Shown one piece after another: positions 28,560-36,333 of a stretch of DNA of 43,198 nt. The stretch is taken from the IMG/VR virus record IMGVR_UViG_3300031953_000037, positions 1 through 43,198 of that record; one strand, 5' to 3'. Origin of the DNA: a virus. Its lineage: Duplodnaviria > Caudoviricetes. Each line of letters starts with the position of its first letter. Position 1 is the first letter of the stretch. A program made the translations under genes and the position numbers. Under the pieces are notes generated by a model. It searched no databases. It saw only the letters and a list, made by a program, of their open reading frames with translations, and was not told where the DNA came from.

Positions 28560-29159
28560 TCAGGCCCTTGGCCTCTTCGGCGAAGATCGTCTCAGGACCC
28601 GCCGAGCGTGGTTTCCTTCATCGCTCCAAACCTGATTGTTCCTGATCTGGTGAATCAGGCTCGTGCTACAGCCGTACCTTTGGGCCGCACCGACAACGGA
28701 TCCATGTCTAGAGAAGTCGGTCTCTCTGATTTCCGCGACTTGTTTCTCAGTCAGTTTACAAGCTGGGTTCCGTTCACCGGAGGCCTCTCGTCCGTGGCGT
28801 CGTTTGTCATCTTCGTTTTCGATGAAGGTCGCCCATCGCAGGTTTGTGTAGCGGTTGTTTTGGTGGTTTCCATCGCCGTGCGCGACGAGGTCTTTATCGG
28901 CTGGGCGTGGCCCATGAAACGCTAAGCAAACTAGGCCTGAGACCTGTCGGGTGGTGATTACGCCTCTGACGCATGGCGTTACTAGAAAATACCCCTGTCT
29001 GTTTGTGTTCAACTTCAATACCACGCCTGAAGTTGTGGCGCGTGGAAGAGACCTTATCCTGCCCCAAGAGCTGGCTTGATAAAATCCGATCATGTCGGGT
29101 ATGTCGAGCCAGAACTCTTGCTCATCGGTCGCGCTAGTGGCATCGGTGGTTTCAGACAT
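28560..29159 (-). CDS. NUMOD4-HNH homing endonuclease with C-terminal HTH
   Basis: W.DIP...G.YQASSWGRIRS; V..LV..AFHGP; HGDGN..NN...NLRWAT; KLTEKQV.EIR. Confidence 0.9.
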   Translation of the reverse strand: MSETTDATSATDEQEFWLDIPDMIGFYQASSWGRIRSLPRATTSGVVLKLNTNRQGYFLVTPCVRGVITTRQVSGLVCLAFHGPRPADKDLVAHGDGNHQNNRYTNLRWATFIENEDDKRRHGREASGERNPACKLTEKQVAEIRETDFSRHGSVVGAAQRYGCSTSLIHQIRNNQVWSDEGNHARRVLRRSSPKRPRA

Positions 29160-29251
29160 TTGGTCCTCGTCATAGGGCTGAAGTCAGAAGGGCGAGGTCG
29201 GTTGGAGCCGCCTCGCCCTTTGCATATTCATCTCATCCTGCGTTGCGTCAA
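29160..29251 (-). promoter_or_regulatory. Promoter and structured leader of the HNH gene
   Basis: TTGACG (29251-29246), 16-nt spacer, GAATAT; long hairpin 29188-29220; GAGGA RBS in a small stem. Confidence 0.6.
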
Positions 29252-29490
29252 GTTTGTGTTTCGGCCTGCTCCTTGGCATAGGCCTCGTCACGCCTGTCGA
29301 TCTCGGCTTTCATGGCGTCGATCTCGGCTTCCGCTTGGCTGTTGGAATAGTCTTCGCCCATCGCGTCGGCGTGGGTGTGAGCGCGTTCCTCGGCCGAGAC
29401 GGCGCGCTTGTGGGCGTTGACGAGGTGGCTGTAAATCATCTCCGCGATGACTTCCTGTTCGCCTTTGGAATTTGTTCGGGTGGTGGTCAT
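29248..29490 (-). CDS. Hypothetical protein
   Basis: Coupled ORF in the leftward operon. Confidence 0.65.
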   Translation of the reverse strand: MTTTRTNSKGEQEVIAEMIYSHLVNAHKRAVSAEERAHTHADAMGEDYSNSQAEAEIDAMKAEIDRRDEAYAKEQAETQT

Positions 29491-29669
29491 TTGGTCACGT
29501 CCTTTATGATTTCGGAGAAGATGGCACAGGCCATTCCAACGGCGCCGATCGTTATGGCGATGGCGGCGAGCTTGTGGCCTGCAATGATGGCGTCGCTGAC
29601 CTGAACCGAACCGCTGAGGCTGATGTAGAAAGCGGCCAGGGCTAGGACGATGCGTCGTGTGGTGGTCAT
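29487..29669 (-). CDS. 60-aa two-TM membrane protein
   Basis: AGGAGG RBS, ATG at 29669; two hydrophobic segments. Confidence 0.65.
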   Translation of the reverse strand: MTTTRRIVLALAAFYISLSGSVQVSDAIIAGHKLAAIAITIGAVGMACAIFSEIIKDVTK

Positions 29670-30169
29670 GCGGATTCCTCCTGTTTCATAAGGGTGTCGG
29701 GATCGAGCCCGATCAGGGGTGCGACAAACGACGCAATGCCCCGCTTGCTGGCGTTGAACTCGGTCTTGTCCATGTGCCGATGAGACTGGCTCTTGGCGGT
29801 GCGCTCGACGGCCACGGCTCCGCGCACGATGACCCAGGCGAAAACATCCTTGGCCTTCATGTAGGCGGCGACGCGGAGAGCGGCGGCGTTCGAGCCGGCG
29901 TCCACGATCGTCTGATGATAGAACCCGCTTTCGATCAGGGCGCGCTTGCGAAGATGCTCGACGGTCGGAAACTGCTCGGCGTATTCCTCGGGCAAAGACT
30001 TCCACGCCTCGTTCAGCCAAGCAAAATTTTGTTTGTGGGATCCCTCGGATCGAATCTCAACCTCGCTCATGAGGTACTGATGGCCCTCGGCGTAGAGACG
30101 GGCGGCGATGCGGGGATATTTCGGGAGCATAGCCCCGCCCTGATAGATAAAAGCGACTGGCGGGTTCAT
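29666..30169 (-). CDS. NinB/DUF1367-like recombination accessory protein
   Basis: RS..SH...FAWL.EAW; KSQS...MDK.EF; next to exonuclease and ERF genes. Confidence 0.6.
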   Translation of the reverse strand: MNPPVAFIYQGGAMLPKYPRIAARLYAEGHQYLMSEVEIRSEGSHKQNFAWLNEAWKSLPEEYAEQFPTVEHLRKRALIESGFYHQTIVDAGSNAAALRVAAYMKAKDVFAWVIVRGAVAVERTAKSQSHRHMDKTEFNASKRGIASFVAPLIGLDPDTLMKQEESA

Positions 30170-30792
30170 TCGACTGGCTTGTGAACATACTGGTTGCGGA
30201 GCTGAGCGACCGTGCCGCGCACGTCGATCAGGAAGTCCTTCACGGCCTTTTCCATGTGTCCGATCAGGTAGTCATCGCGGGGGATGCGCTTGATGAACAG
30301 GCGCATGGCGGGATCCTTCAGGCGCGGATCGAAGGAGACGTAATCCCACCACTGGCGGCCGGTGCAGGCCATGTTCCAGTGCATTTGCTTGAGATAGCCG
30401 CCGTCGATCGCTGCGCCCTGGAGCGTGTCGATGTGTGTGGTGCTGTCGGGACACTTGATCTCGACGCCGCCCTCGTCAGCCACGAGACCGTCAGGGCTGG
30501 CACCGGCCATGTCGATCGTCGGATGATCGACGAACGCGACCTGATCGACGAATAGGCCGGTGTGATATTCGTAGGCCTCGCGGGCTTCGGCTTCCACCTC
30601 GTTCCCGCGTTGCATCGAACCGCTCTTGAATCCGCCCGGCGTCGGAAGTCCGGTCAACCGTTCGGCGACAAGCTGGCGCATATAGGCGGCGCGCATCTTT
30701 CCCCCGCCCTGAGCCATGATGTCCGCGATGCGGCTGGCCGTGGCCTTGCCGGCGCGAAGCTGATGCCATTCCGGTGAGCCCTGCTCGATCAT
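30166..30792 (-). CDS. YqaJ/lambda-type exonuclease
   Basis: QGSPEW...RAGK.TAS; GASPDGLV; EIKCP; QM.W.M.CTGR.W.D.VSFDPR. Confidence 0.92.
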   Translation of the reverse strand: MIEQGSPEWHQLRAGKATASRIADIMAQGGGKMRAAYMRQLVAERLTGLPTPGGFKSGSMQRGNEVEAEAREAYEYHTGLFVDQVAFVDHPTIDMAGASPDGLVADEGGVEIKCPDSTTHIDTLQGAAIDGGYLKQMHWNMACTGRQWWDYVSFDPRLKDPAMRLFIKRIPRDDYLIGHMEKAVKDFLIDVRGTVAQLRNQYVHKPVE

Positions 30793-31544
30793 TGAGCGTC
30801 ACCGATCTGGCGGCGGCGCTCTTTCCACGCGCGAACCACGGCGTCGGCATCGTTGCTGTCGAGCTTCTGAACGATGGGATCGTTCTTTACACGCCAGTCG
30901 GACAGGTCTTTCAGGGTGGTGCAGGCTGCAACAAGGTCGATTGCGGCCTGCGCGGCCCCGCTGATCGGCAAGTCCTCGCTTGAGGCTCCGTCATCGTCCC
31001 GATCCTGAGTTGCCAGCCCAAGGGCCAGTTTCAGGGTGTAGCGTTGAAGATAGGTCGTCGTTGAGCCGATGGCCTGGATGCTGTTCTTCTTGCCCGAGTC
31101 GTCAGCGCCGGCCGTCAGCGTCGTTTCCTCGGAGTAGCCGTCCCGATGCGAGAGAACGCACGTCACGCTGATACGGCCGCCGTCATGCTGCGCGGCGCGG
31201 TAGCGATATGACAGGCCATGCTTGTGCAGGACGGGATCAACCACGGCTGCGATGGCGCCCAAGGTCTCGTGTGAATAGCTGGTCGTGCTGCCGGTGCGCT
31301 GAGATTCAAAGCCGACATCCTTGTTCTTCACGATGGCGGGGATCTCGCCCTTCGCCTCGGACACGGCAATGTCGAAAGATTTGCGGCCCTGCGTCTTCTC
31401 CATGCGCTCTTGAAGGTCGATCAGCTTGGAAACCATTTCGATGCTGGCCCCGCTCGAAACGGCCTGGGACACCATAGCCATCGGCGTCAAGGCGCTGGAT
31501 TGCGGGATTGGCTCGAAATGAACAAGCTCGGCGGTTTGGGTCAT
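30789..31544 (-). CDS. erf: ERF-family single-strand annealing protein
   Basis: PVLHKHGLSY; H.DG.SE; QAIGS..TY..RYTL...LGL...D.DDDG; start at 31544 or 31568. Confidence 0.85.
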   Translation of the reverse strand: MTQTAELVHFEPIPQSSALTPMAMVSQAVSSGASIEMVSKLIDLQERMEKTQGRKSFDIAVSEAKGEIPAIVKNKDVGFESQRTGSTTSYSHETLGAIAAVVDPVLHKHGLSYRYRAAQHDGGRISVTCVLSHRDGYSEETTLTAGADDSGKKNSIQAIGSTTTYLQRYTLKLALGLATQDRDDDGASSEDLPISGAAQAAIDLVAACTTLKDLSDWRVKNDPIVQKLDSNDADAVVRAWKERRRQIGDAQ

Positions 31545-31569
31545 GGTGGGTTCTTTCTGGTCGGTCATA

Positions 31570-32361
31570 TCAGCGGACCTGAGCGGAGCGGTCTTCGAAG
31601 AAGCGAACGCCAGGGATGGGTTTGATGGTGGCGGCGGTGGCGCCGATCTTCTTGTTCGCGGTGACGTAGGACCGAATAGCCTTCTCGATCTCGACGGCTC
31701 CGAAGTGATCGCCCAGGGCTCCAAGCGTGGCGCGAAGGGCGGTGCTGTTCATTACCTCGAACGTGAGTTTCGTGGCGCTCGTAACCGTACCGAAGCTGGT
31801 GGTTGTGCGGACGAGATCAGCGGCCGATCCGGTCGAGACCCGATCCAGTTTCTCCGCGACGGCCTGGCTGTCGAGGGCTGAATCTAGAATGGTCTCAGCC
31901 ACGTCGTTCAGACCTTGCGATTCTACTGCTGCCGCTGCGGCGGCGCGGCGATCTGCCTCGATCCGTTCCACGCGAGCGGCCTCGGCGGCCTCGGCCCGGC
32001 GCTTCTCTTCCACGATGCGATTGTGCGCGTTGATGCGGCCCAAGGCGACGGCGCTGGTGGCGTCGAGCTTGGCCTGACGCGGGGTGAAGAGTGCTTGGAC
32101 TTCCTTGCCAGCCTCGTCGAACCGCTTCTTCTCGGTGGTGCGCGCGGCTTCAAGGCCTGCCTTCGCAGAGCGCGCGTCCTTCACGTGCTTTGCCAGCCGG
32201 TCGAGATCGGCGTCGGTCTCGACCTTGGCGGGTAGCTGGGCCTCGGCGTTTAGAACGGCCGTCGCGATGACGAACGCCGCCTTGTGCTTCATGCCGATGA
32301 ACTCGGCATCGACGAGCGGGGCGTCGAGGTCGTTGCGAAGTTGGAGAGTGGTGTCGGTCAT
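31570..32361 (-). CDS. Coiled-coil protein of the recombination operon
   Basis: EAAR..EK..F; IPGVRFFE C-terminus. Confidence 0.7.
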   Translation of the reverse strand: MTDTTLQLRNDLDAPLVDAEFIGMKHKAAFVIATAVLNAEAQLPAKVETDADLDRLAKHVKDARSAKAGLEAARTTEKKRFDEAGKEVQALFTPRQAKLDATSAVALGRINAHNRIVEEKRRAEAAEAARVERIEADRRAAAAAAVESQGLNDVAETILDSALDSQAVAEKLDRVSTGSAADLVRTTTSFGTVTSATKLTFEVMNSTALRATLGALGDHFGAVEIEKAIRSYVTANKKIGATAATIKPIPGVRFFEDRSAQVR

Positions 32362-32525
32362 TTCTTCATTCCTTGCACGGCCAGCTCGGCCTCATGTTCT
32401 TCGGGGTAGAGAATTTCGCTCTCTTCGACCCAGGCGAAATCGGTTTCGATGTCGTCTCCGACGCGGGCTTCCGTTACATCCATGATGCGGAAGCCGCCGT
32501 GAACCATGACGGGGGTGAGTGACAT
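32358..32525 (-). CDS. Small acidic protein, first gene of the leftward operon
   Basis: GGAG RBS before ATG 32525; 55 aa, Glu/Asp rich. Confidence 0.55.
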   Translation of the reverse strand: MSLTPVMVHGGFRIMDVTEARVGDDIETDFAWVEESEILYPEEHEAELAVQGMKK

Positions 32526-32559
32526 TTGATGATCTCCGGGGAGGCCCCACGCCTCCGAT

Positions 32560-32644
32560 GACTGACGGTCGCATATCGGCGGCGATGGCGTCAACATAAA
32601 AAATCATATTGCAAAAGACGGGAGTGTGATGCCAGAATGTACGC
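32560..32644. promoter_or_regulatory. Divergent early promoter region
   Basis: AT-rich; rightward TTGCAA(32609)-N18-CAGAAT(32633); leftward TTGACG at 32594-32589. Confidence 0.65.
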
Positions 32645-32962
32645 ATGACACAAATCTTTCCTCGCATCATCCATGAACGACGGGTTGCTCTGCGCCTGTC
32701 GTTGTCTGAAGCCGCCAAGGTCACAGGCCTGTCGAAGCCGCACATTTGGCAGATGGAGCAAGGCCGGGCGCAGAACCCGTCTGTCTCGACGATAGGGCTT
32801 CTGGCTGATGGCTATCGGATTTCAACGGCCAGCCTATTCAAAGCGGCGCTTGACGACTGGCGGCTGCGCGGGCATTTGTTCGCTACCGCTGGCGTTGACC
32901 CCACCTCGCCGTCAGCGCAGACCGCGCCCGATGATTCCGCGTCGGGCGCGGTCGGCCAATGA
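32645..32962 (+). CDS. XRE/Cro-family HTH regulator
   Basis: R....LSL.EAAK.TGLSK.HIWQMEQG...NPS..T...LA. Confidence 0.88.
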   Translation: MTQIFPRIIHERRVALRLSLSEAAKVTGLSKPHIWQMEQGRAQNPSVSTIGLLADGYRISTASLFKAALDDWRLRGHLFATAGVDPTSPSAQTAPDDSASGAVGQ

Positions 32963-33285
32963 CCCCTCGACAATCTGAAATCCTCGCCTTTGTCCTGAAG
33001 TGGCAATGCGAGAAGCCATATTCCCCGACTGTGAAAGAGATTTCCACCGGTACGGGCGTCGGCGTGAACGCGACGATGCAGGCGCTGTGGGACCTTGAAG
33101 ACCTGGGCCACCTTCGGCGCCGTGGGAGAGCCTTGGCGCTCGTCAATGAGCCGGTGACCTTTGCTCGGATCGAGAAGGGTCCGAAGGTTGGATCAAACAT
33201 CCGACTTCCGTCAACAAACGCGCCATCTCTAGGATCTCTGCTGGCGACGTTCGACCGTATGCACAACGCGACGGAACCGCGATGA
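32959..33285 (+). CDS. LexA-type N-terminal winged helix, no peptidase domain
   Basis: TPRQ.EIL.F......PYSPTVKEI...L..LE..G.LRR. Confidence 0.8.
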   Translation: MTPRQSEILAFVLKWQCEKPYSPTVKEISTGTGVGVNATMQALWDLEDLGHLRRRGRALALVNEPVTFARIEKGPKVGSNIRLPSTNAPSLGSLLATFDRMHNATEPR

Positions 33286-33719
33286 GCTGGCCGCCTCAAC
33301 ATTTGCGCTTGATCGAGAAGAGCGCCAGGCCGAAACAGCGCCGAAAGCAGCCCGAGGCGGACCTGCAAGAGCTGATGGTCGATTTCCTCGACATCGCTCT
33401 GCCCCAGCCGTCGCCGGACTACTGGTGGTCGGCGACCTTGAACGGGGTCCGTCTGCCTAGCGCGCGGGCGAAGGCCAAGGCCAAGCGCCAGGGCTTGCGG
33501 CCGGGCCTGTTCGATCTGGTGTTCATGAAGCTGACGGGGCCAGACGCAGGCCAGACCTACCACTATGAGGTCAAGGCGGCGACTGGAACCCTGACCCCAG
33601 ATCAGAAGCGCATCCTCGACATCCTGTGGGTGGCGGGCCGTGGCGCGAGCGGTCGATCGGTGGAGAACCTGTGCGCGGCCCTGGTCGCGTGGGGATTCCC
33701 GTTGCGGGCGCGTGTCTGA
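33282..33719 (+). CDS. VRR-NUC / Holliday junction resolvase-like nuclease
   Basis: E..LQ; K.QGLRPG..DL; EVK...G.LTPDQK. Confidence 0.85.
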   Translation: MSWPPQHLRLIEKSARPKQRRKQPEADLQELMVDFLDIALPQPSPDYWWSATLNGVRLPSARAKAKAKRQGLRPGLFDLVFMKLTGPDAGQTYHYEVKAATGTLTPDQKRILDILWVAGRGASGRSVENLCAALVAWGFPLRARV

Positions 33720-33800
33720 TAGCGGATAAGGAGGGAGGGGAGCGGCCTGCCAGGGCCTGCCCCCCTCATTTGCAGCCGGTTCTTGAAGGAGCCAACCGAC

Positions 33801-33845
33801 GTGCCTGATCAGAATACATACGCCCGCATAGGGTTTCAAGGATGA
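33801..33845 (+). CDS. Putative 14-aa leader peptide (MPDQNTYARIGFQG) coupled to the initiator
   Basis: GAAGGAG 9 nt before GTG; its TGA overlaps the initiator ATG (ATGA). Confidence 0.55.
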   Translation: MPDQNTYARIGFQG

Positions 33846-34579
33846 GTTCGTGGGTCCGTCTCTGGCATGACATGCCGACTGATCCGAAGTGGCGCGTGGT
33901 TGCGCGCCGTTCGGGTCAACGCGTCGGTGACGTGATCGCGGTGTTCAACTTTCTCATGGTCGCGGCGAGTGCGAACGCAGACGAACGCGGGCGAACGGAT
34001 GCGTTCGAGAGCGAGGATGTTGCCGCCGCTCTCGATCTTGAGACCTCCGATGTAGAGGCCATCATCGTTGCGATGAAGGGCAAGGTCCTGGACGACGATG
34101 GAAGGCTTACCGGATGGTCAAAACGCCAGCCACAGCGGGAAGATGGCGCCGCTGAGAGGGCGGCAGCTTGGCGAGAGAAACGCAAGCGAACGCAAGCGAA
34201 CGCAGATGAACGCCCAGATACAGATGCAGAGTCAGATACAGACAAAAACGCTCACACGTTTTTGGGCGCGAGTGACGAAAGTTTTGAGAAAGCGCTGAAG
34301 GCATACCCGGCCAGCGGCAAGGCCGCGACCAATGTCCCCGCCGCTCGTGAGGCGTGGTCTCGCGCTGTCGCGACGGGCGGTGAAGATCGTCTTTTCGTAG
34401 CGGTCTCGTCCTACAGCTCTGCGCCTGTCGAGAAAGGCAGGACGGGAGGTGCGCCGGGATTTCATAAGTGGCTCGCCGAGGAACGTTGGAGAGCCTTTTT
34501 GCAAGATGACACCTCAACCGTATCGGACGCTGCGCTTGAAGCGCGCCGCGCCCTTCTGGAGAACATGACCGATGCCTAA
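33842..34579 (+). CDS. Phage replication initiator
   Basis: WVRLWHDMPTDPKW; W.KRQ..REDG.AER...WRE; internal iterons; C-terminal YP...WL..ERW. Confidence 0.8.
   Translation: MSSWVRLWHDMPTDPKWRVVARRSGQRVGDVIAVFNFLMVAASANADERGRTDAFESEDVAAALDLETSDVEAIIVAMKGKVLDDDGRLTGWSKRQPQREDGAAERAAAWREKRKRTQANADERPDTDAESDTDKNAHTFLGASDESFEKALKAYPASGKAATNVPAAREAWSRAVATGGEDRLFVAVSSYSSAPVEKGRTGGAPGFHKWLAEERWRAFLQDDTSTVSDAALEARRALLENMTDA
33971..34243. repeat. Putative origin iterons inside the initiator gene
   Basis: 10-bp-period GAACGC units at 33971-34000 and 34179-34213, inverted copy at 34001-34007, CAGAT/CAGA repeats to 34243. Confidence 0.6.
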
Positions 34580-34829
34580 GTTCACCCCTGTCCTTCGCCT
34601 GACCGTTCCTCGTGAACTATGGGATGAAATCGCGGACTATACCTCGCGTGAGTATGCCGACAGCTATCTGTGCGGGGCCGTCCTCCACAACAACCGTCTG
34701 TTGCCCCGTACTCGGATGGCCTGGACCCGTCTGATGGACAATTTCAATGCGATGGCGATCCTGAAAAAAAGGAAGATCGAGCTGGTGAAGCCGCCGATTT
34801 TCGACGGATCTCTTGGACCCATAGATTAA
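34572..34829 (+). CDS. Hypothetical protein after the initiator
   Basis: Overlaps the initiator stop; GGAGA RBS. Confidence 0.6.
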   Translation: MPKFTPVLRLTVPRELWDEIADYTSREYADSYLCGAVLHNNRLLPRTRMAWTRLMDNFNAMAILKKRKIELVKPPIFDGSLGPID

Positions 34830-34832
34830 GTG

Positions 34833-34862
34833 TTGACAGACCCCGCGCCGTTGCAATACCTG
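34833..34862 (+). promoter_or_regulatory. Sigma70-like promoter
   Basis: TTGACA at 34833 in an intergenic gap; weak -10 (CAATAC/ATACCT). Confidence 0.5.
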
Positions 34863-34893
34863 TTGCACATCAGCCGTGGGGGCTGACGGAGAA

Positions 34894-35085
34894 ATGACCA
34901 TGCGACCCTATGACGAAATCTGGCAAGGCGACTGTATGCGCGAGGACGCCATGCGTGAGCGGAACCACAACAACCGTTATCCAGACTATAGCATCCCGCC
35001 TTCGACGCGGCGGTTCACATGGCTGTCCTTGGCCGCTATCGCTGCGATCGTGGTCACAACCATCGCGGCCTTTATCGTACTATGA
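34894..35085 (+). CDS. Small protein with C-terminal TM
   Basis: GGAG RBS; hydrophobic C-terminus. Confidence 0.55.
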   Translation: MTMRPYDEIWQGDCMREDAMRERNHNNRYPDYSIPPSTRRFTWLSLAAIAAIVVTTIAAFIVL

Positions 35086-35504
35086 CGGCTATCTCCGACA
35101 TGGACCCGTCTGAGGTCGCGTCGTGGATCGCCTCGGCCGGCGCGGTGCTGGTCGAGAAAGACCCGGCTATGGCGGCGAAGACGTTCACCGATCTGAACGT
35201 AAGCGCCGATGCTGCGCTGGGCGAGAAGATCGTTCGGTATCGCCTGGGCGTGGCGCACAGCAAGCGGGCGGCGGTCGAGGCCCTGACGAACGAGATCGCA
35301 AAGATGCACTTCGTCACCGTTGATGCGATCATGGGGAGCCGCAAGATGCCGCACATTGCACAGGCCCGGCGACACCTGGCCCACGCTTTGCGGAACCGGC
35401 TGCACCTTTCCTTGGGTGACATCGCCCGCGTTATGAGGTCCAATCGCTCGACGGCGATGCGTCAGATCCGCGCTTGGAACGCGCACATCGGAGGTGGATC
35501 GTGA
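35082..35504 (+). CDS. DnaA C-terminal (domain IV) HTH protein
   Basis: I.GSRK..HIAQARR......R..L.LSL.DIAR.M..NRST; no AAA+ domain. Confidence 0.8.
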   Translation: MTAISDMDPSEVASWIASAGAVLVEKDPAMAAKTFTDLNVSADAALGEKIVRYRLGVAHSKRAAVEALTNEIAKMHFVTVDAIMGSRKMPHIAQARRHLAHALRNRLHLSLGDIARVMRSNRSTAMRQIRAWNAHIGGGS

Positions 35505-35881
35505 AGGCGCCGCAACGTCCGTCCATGTCGAAGGCCCGCAAGGATCGCCTGTGGCTCCGCGACAAGGGTGTCTGCTACCTCTGTGGCCTGAAGGTACTCG
35601 GCGGGCAGGCGTGGGACGCTGAGCATAAAATCCCGTGGGCTCTGAGCCAGGACGACAGCGACAAGAACCTTGGCGTGGCCCACAAGGACGGTTGCCACGC
35701 TCTGAAGACGAAATCCGACGTGAAGACGATCGCCAAAGCCAAGGCGCAGGCGGGCGAGACCGGACAATGGGCGCGGCGCGCTAAGAACGGACCCCAGCTC
35801 AAGAGCCGAGGGTTCGACAAATCACAGACGCGCGGGTTCGACGGCAAGGTCCGCACTCGCAAGAACGGAGAATCGAAATGA
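35501..35881 (+). CDS. HNH endonuclease (McrA-like)
   Basis: CYLCG, EHKIP, NL...H..CH..KT..D. Confidence 0.85.
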   Translation: MKAPQRPSMSKARKDRLWLRDKGVCYLCGLKVLGGQAWDAEHKIPWALSQDDSDKNLGVAHKDGCHALKTKSDVKTIAKAKAQAGETGQWARRAKNGPQLKSRGFDKSQTRGFDGKVRTRKNGESK

Positions 35882-36333
35882 CCGACACCCCTATGGGCGG
35901 GGCTTCTGTCTCGGAGGTGCTGGCTCATCTTGAAGCTGCTGAGCGCCCGTCTATCGTTCTCGACGCCGAGATTTGCTGGACGCTGGAACGCGACCGGGCA
36001 ACCGCTGCATTCTGGCGCGGAGCCATGGGCCTGCCGAAGCCATTGCCTGGCGAGTTCTCTCGGTTGCCGCGCGGCTTAGGAATGGCCTCGTTGGAGGCCG
36101 GGTCGCCGAACTACACCACCTCCCTAGACGCCGCCCTGGCTCTGGCGGAACGGGCGCTGCCGTGTTGCCGGTGCATCGTTGAGCGCGATCACGATGGCTC
36201 GGGATGGGCTTGCGTCCGGTCCTACGAGGGTGCCCCCGCAATTATGAGTGACGCCCCCACCCCTGCGCTCGCACTCTGCATCGCCATCCTCCGAGCCCGC
36301 CAAGCCTCTAACCCTACTGCGGAGGGGGTGTGA
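35878..36333 (+). CDS. Phage protein, ABA-sandwich-like family
   Basis: YTTSLDAALAL and APTPALALCIAILRA. Confidence 0.6.
   Translation: MTDTPMGGASVSEVLAHLEAAERPSIVLDAEICWTLERDRATAAFWRGAMGLPKPLPGEFSRLPRGLGMASLEAGSPNYTTSLDAALALAERALPCCRCIVERDHDGSGWACVRSYEGAPAIMSDAPTPALALCIAILRARQASNPTAEGV

Noticed and set aside
34179-34213. GAAC repeats as an alphaproteobacterial LexA box
   Set aside because: Spacing is GAAC-N6-GAAC rather than N7, and the site is intragenic; iterons fit better
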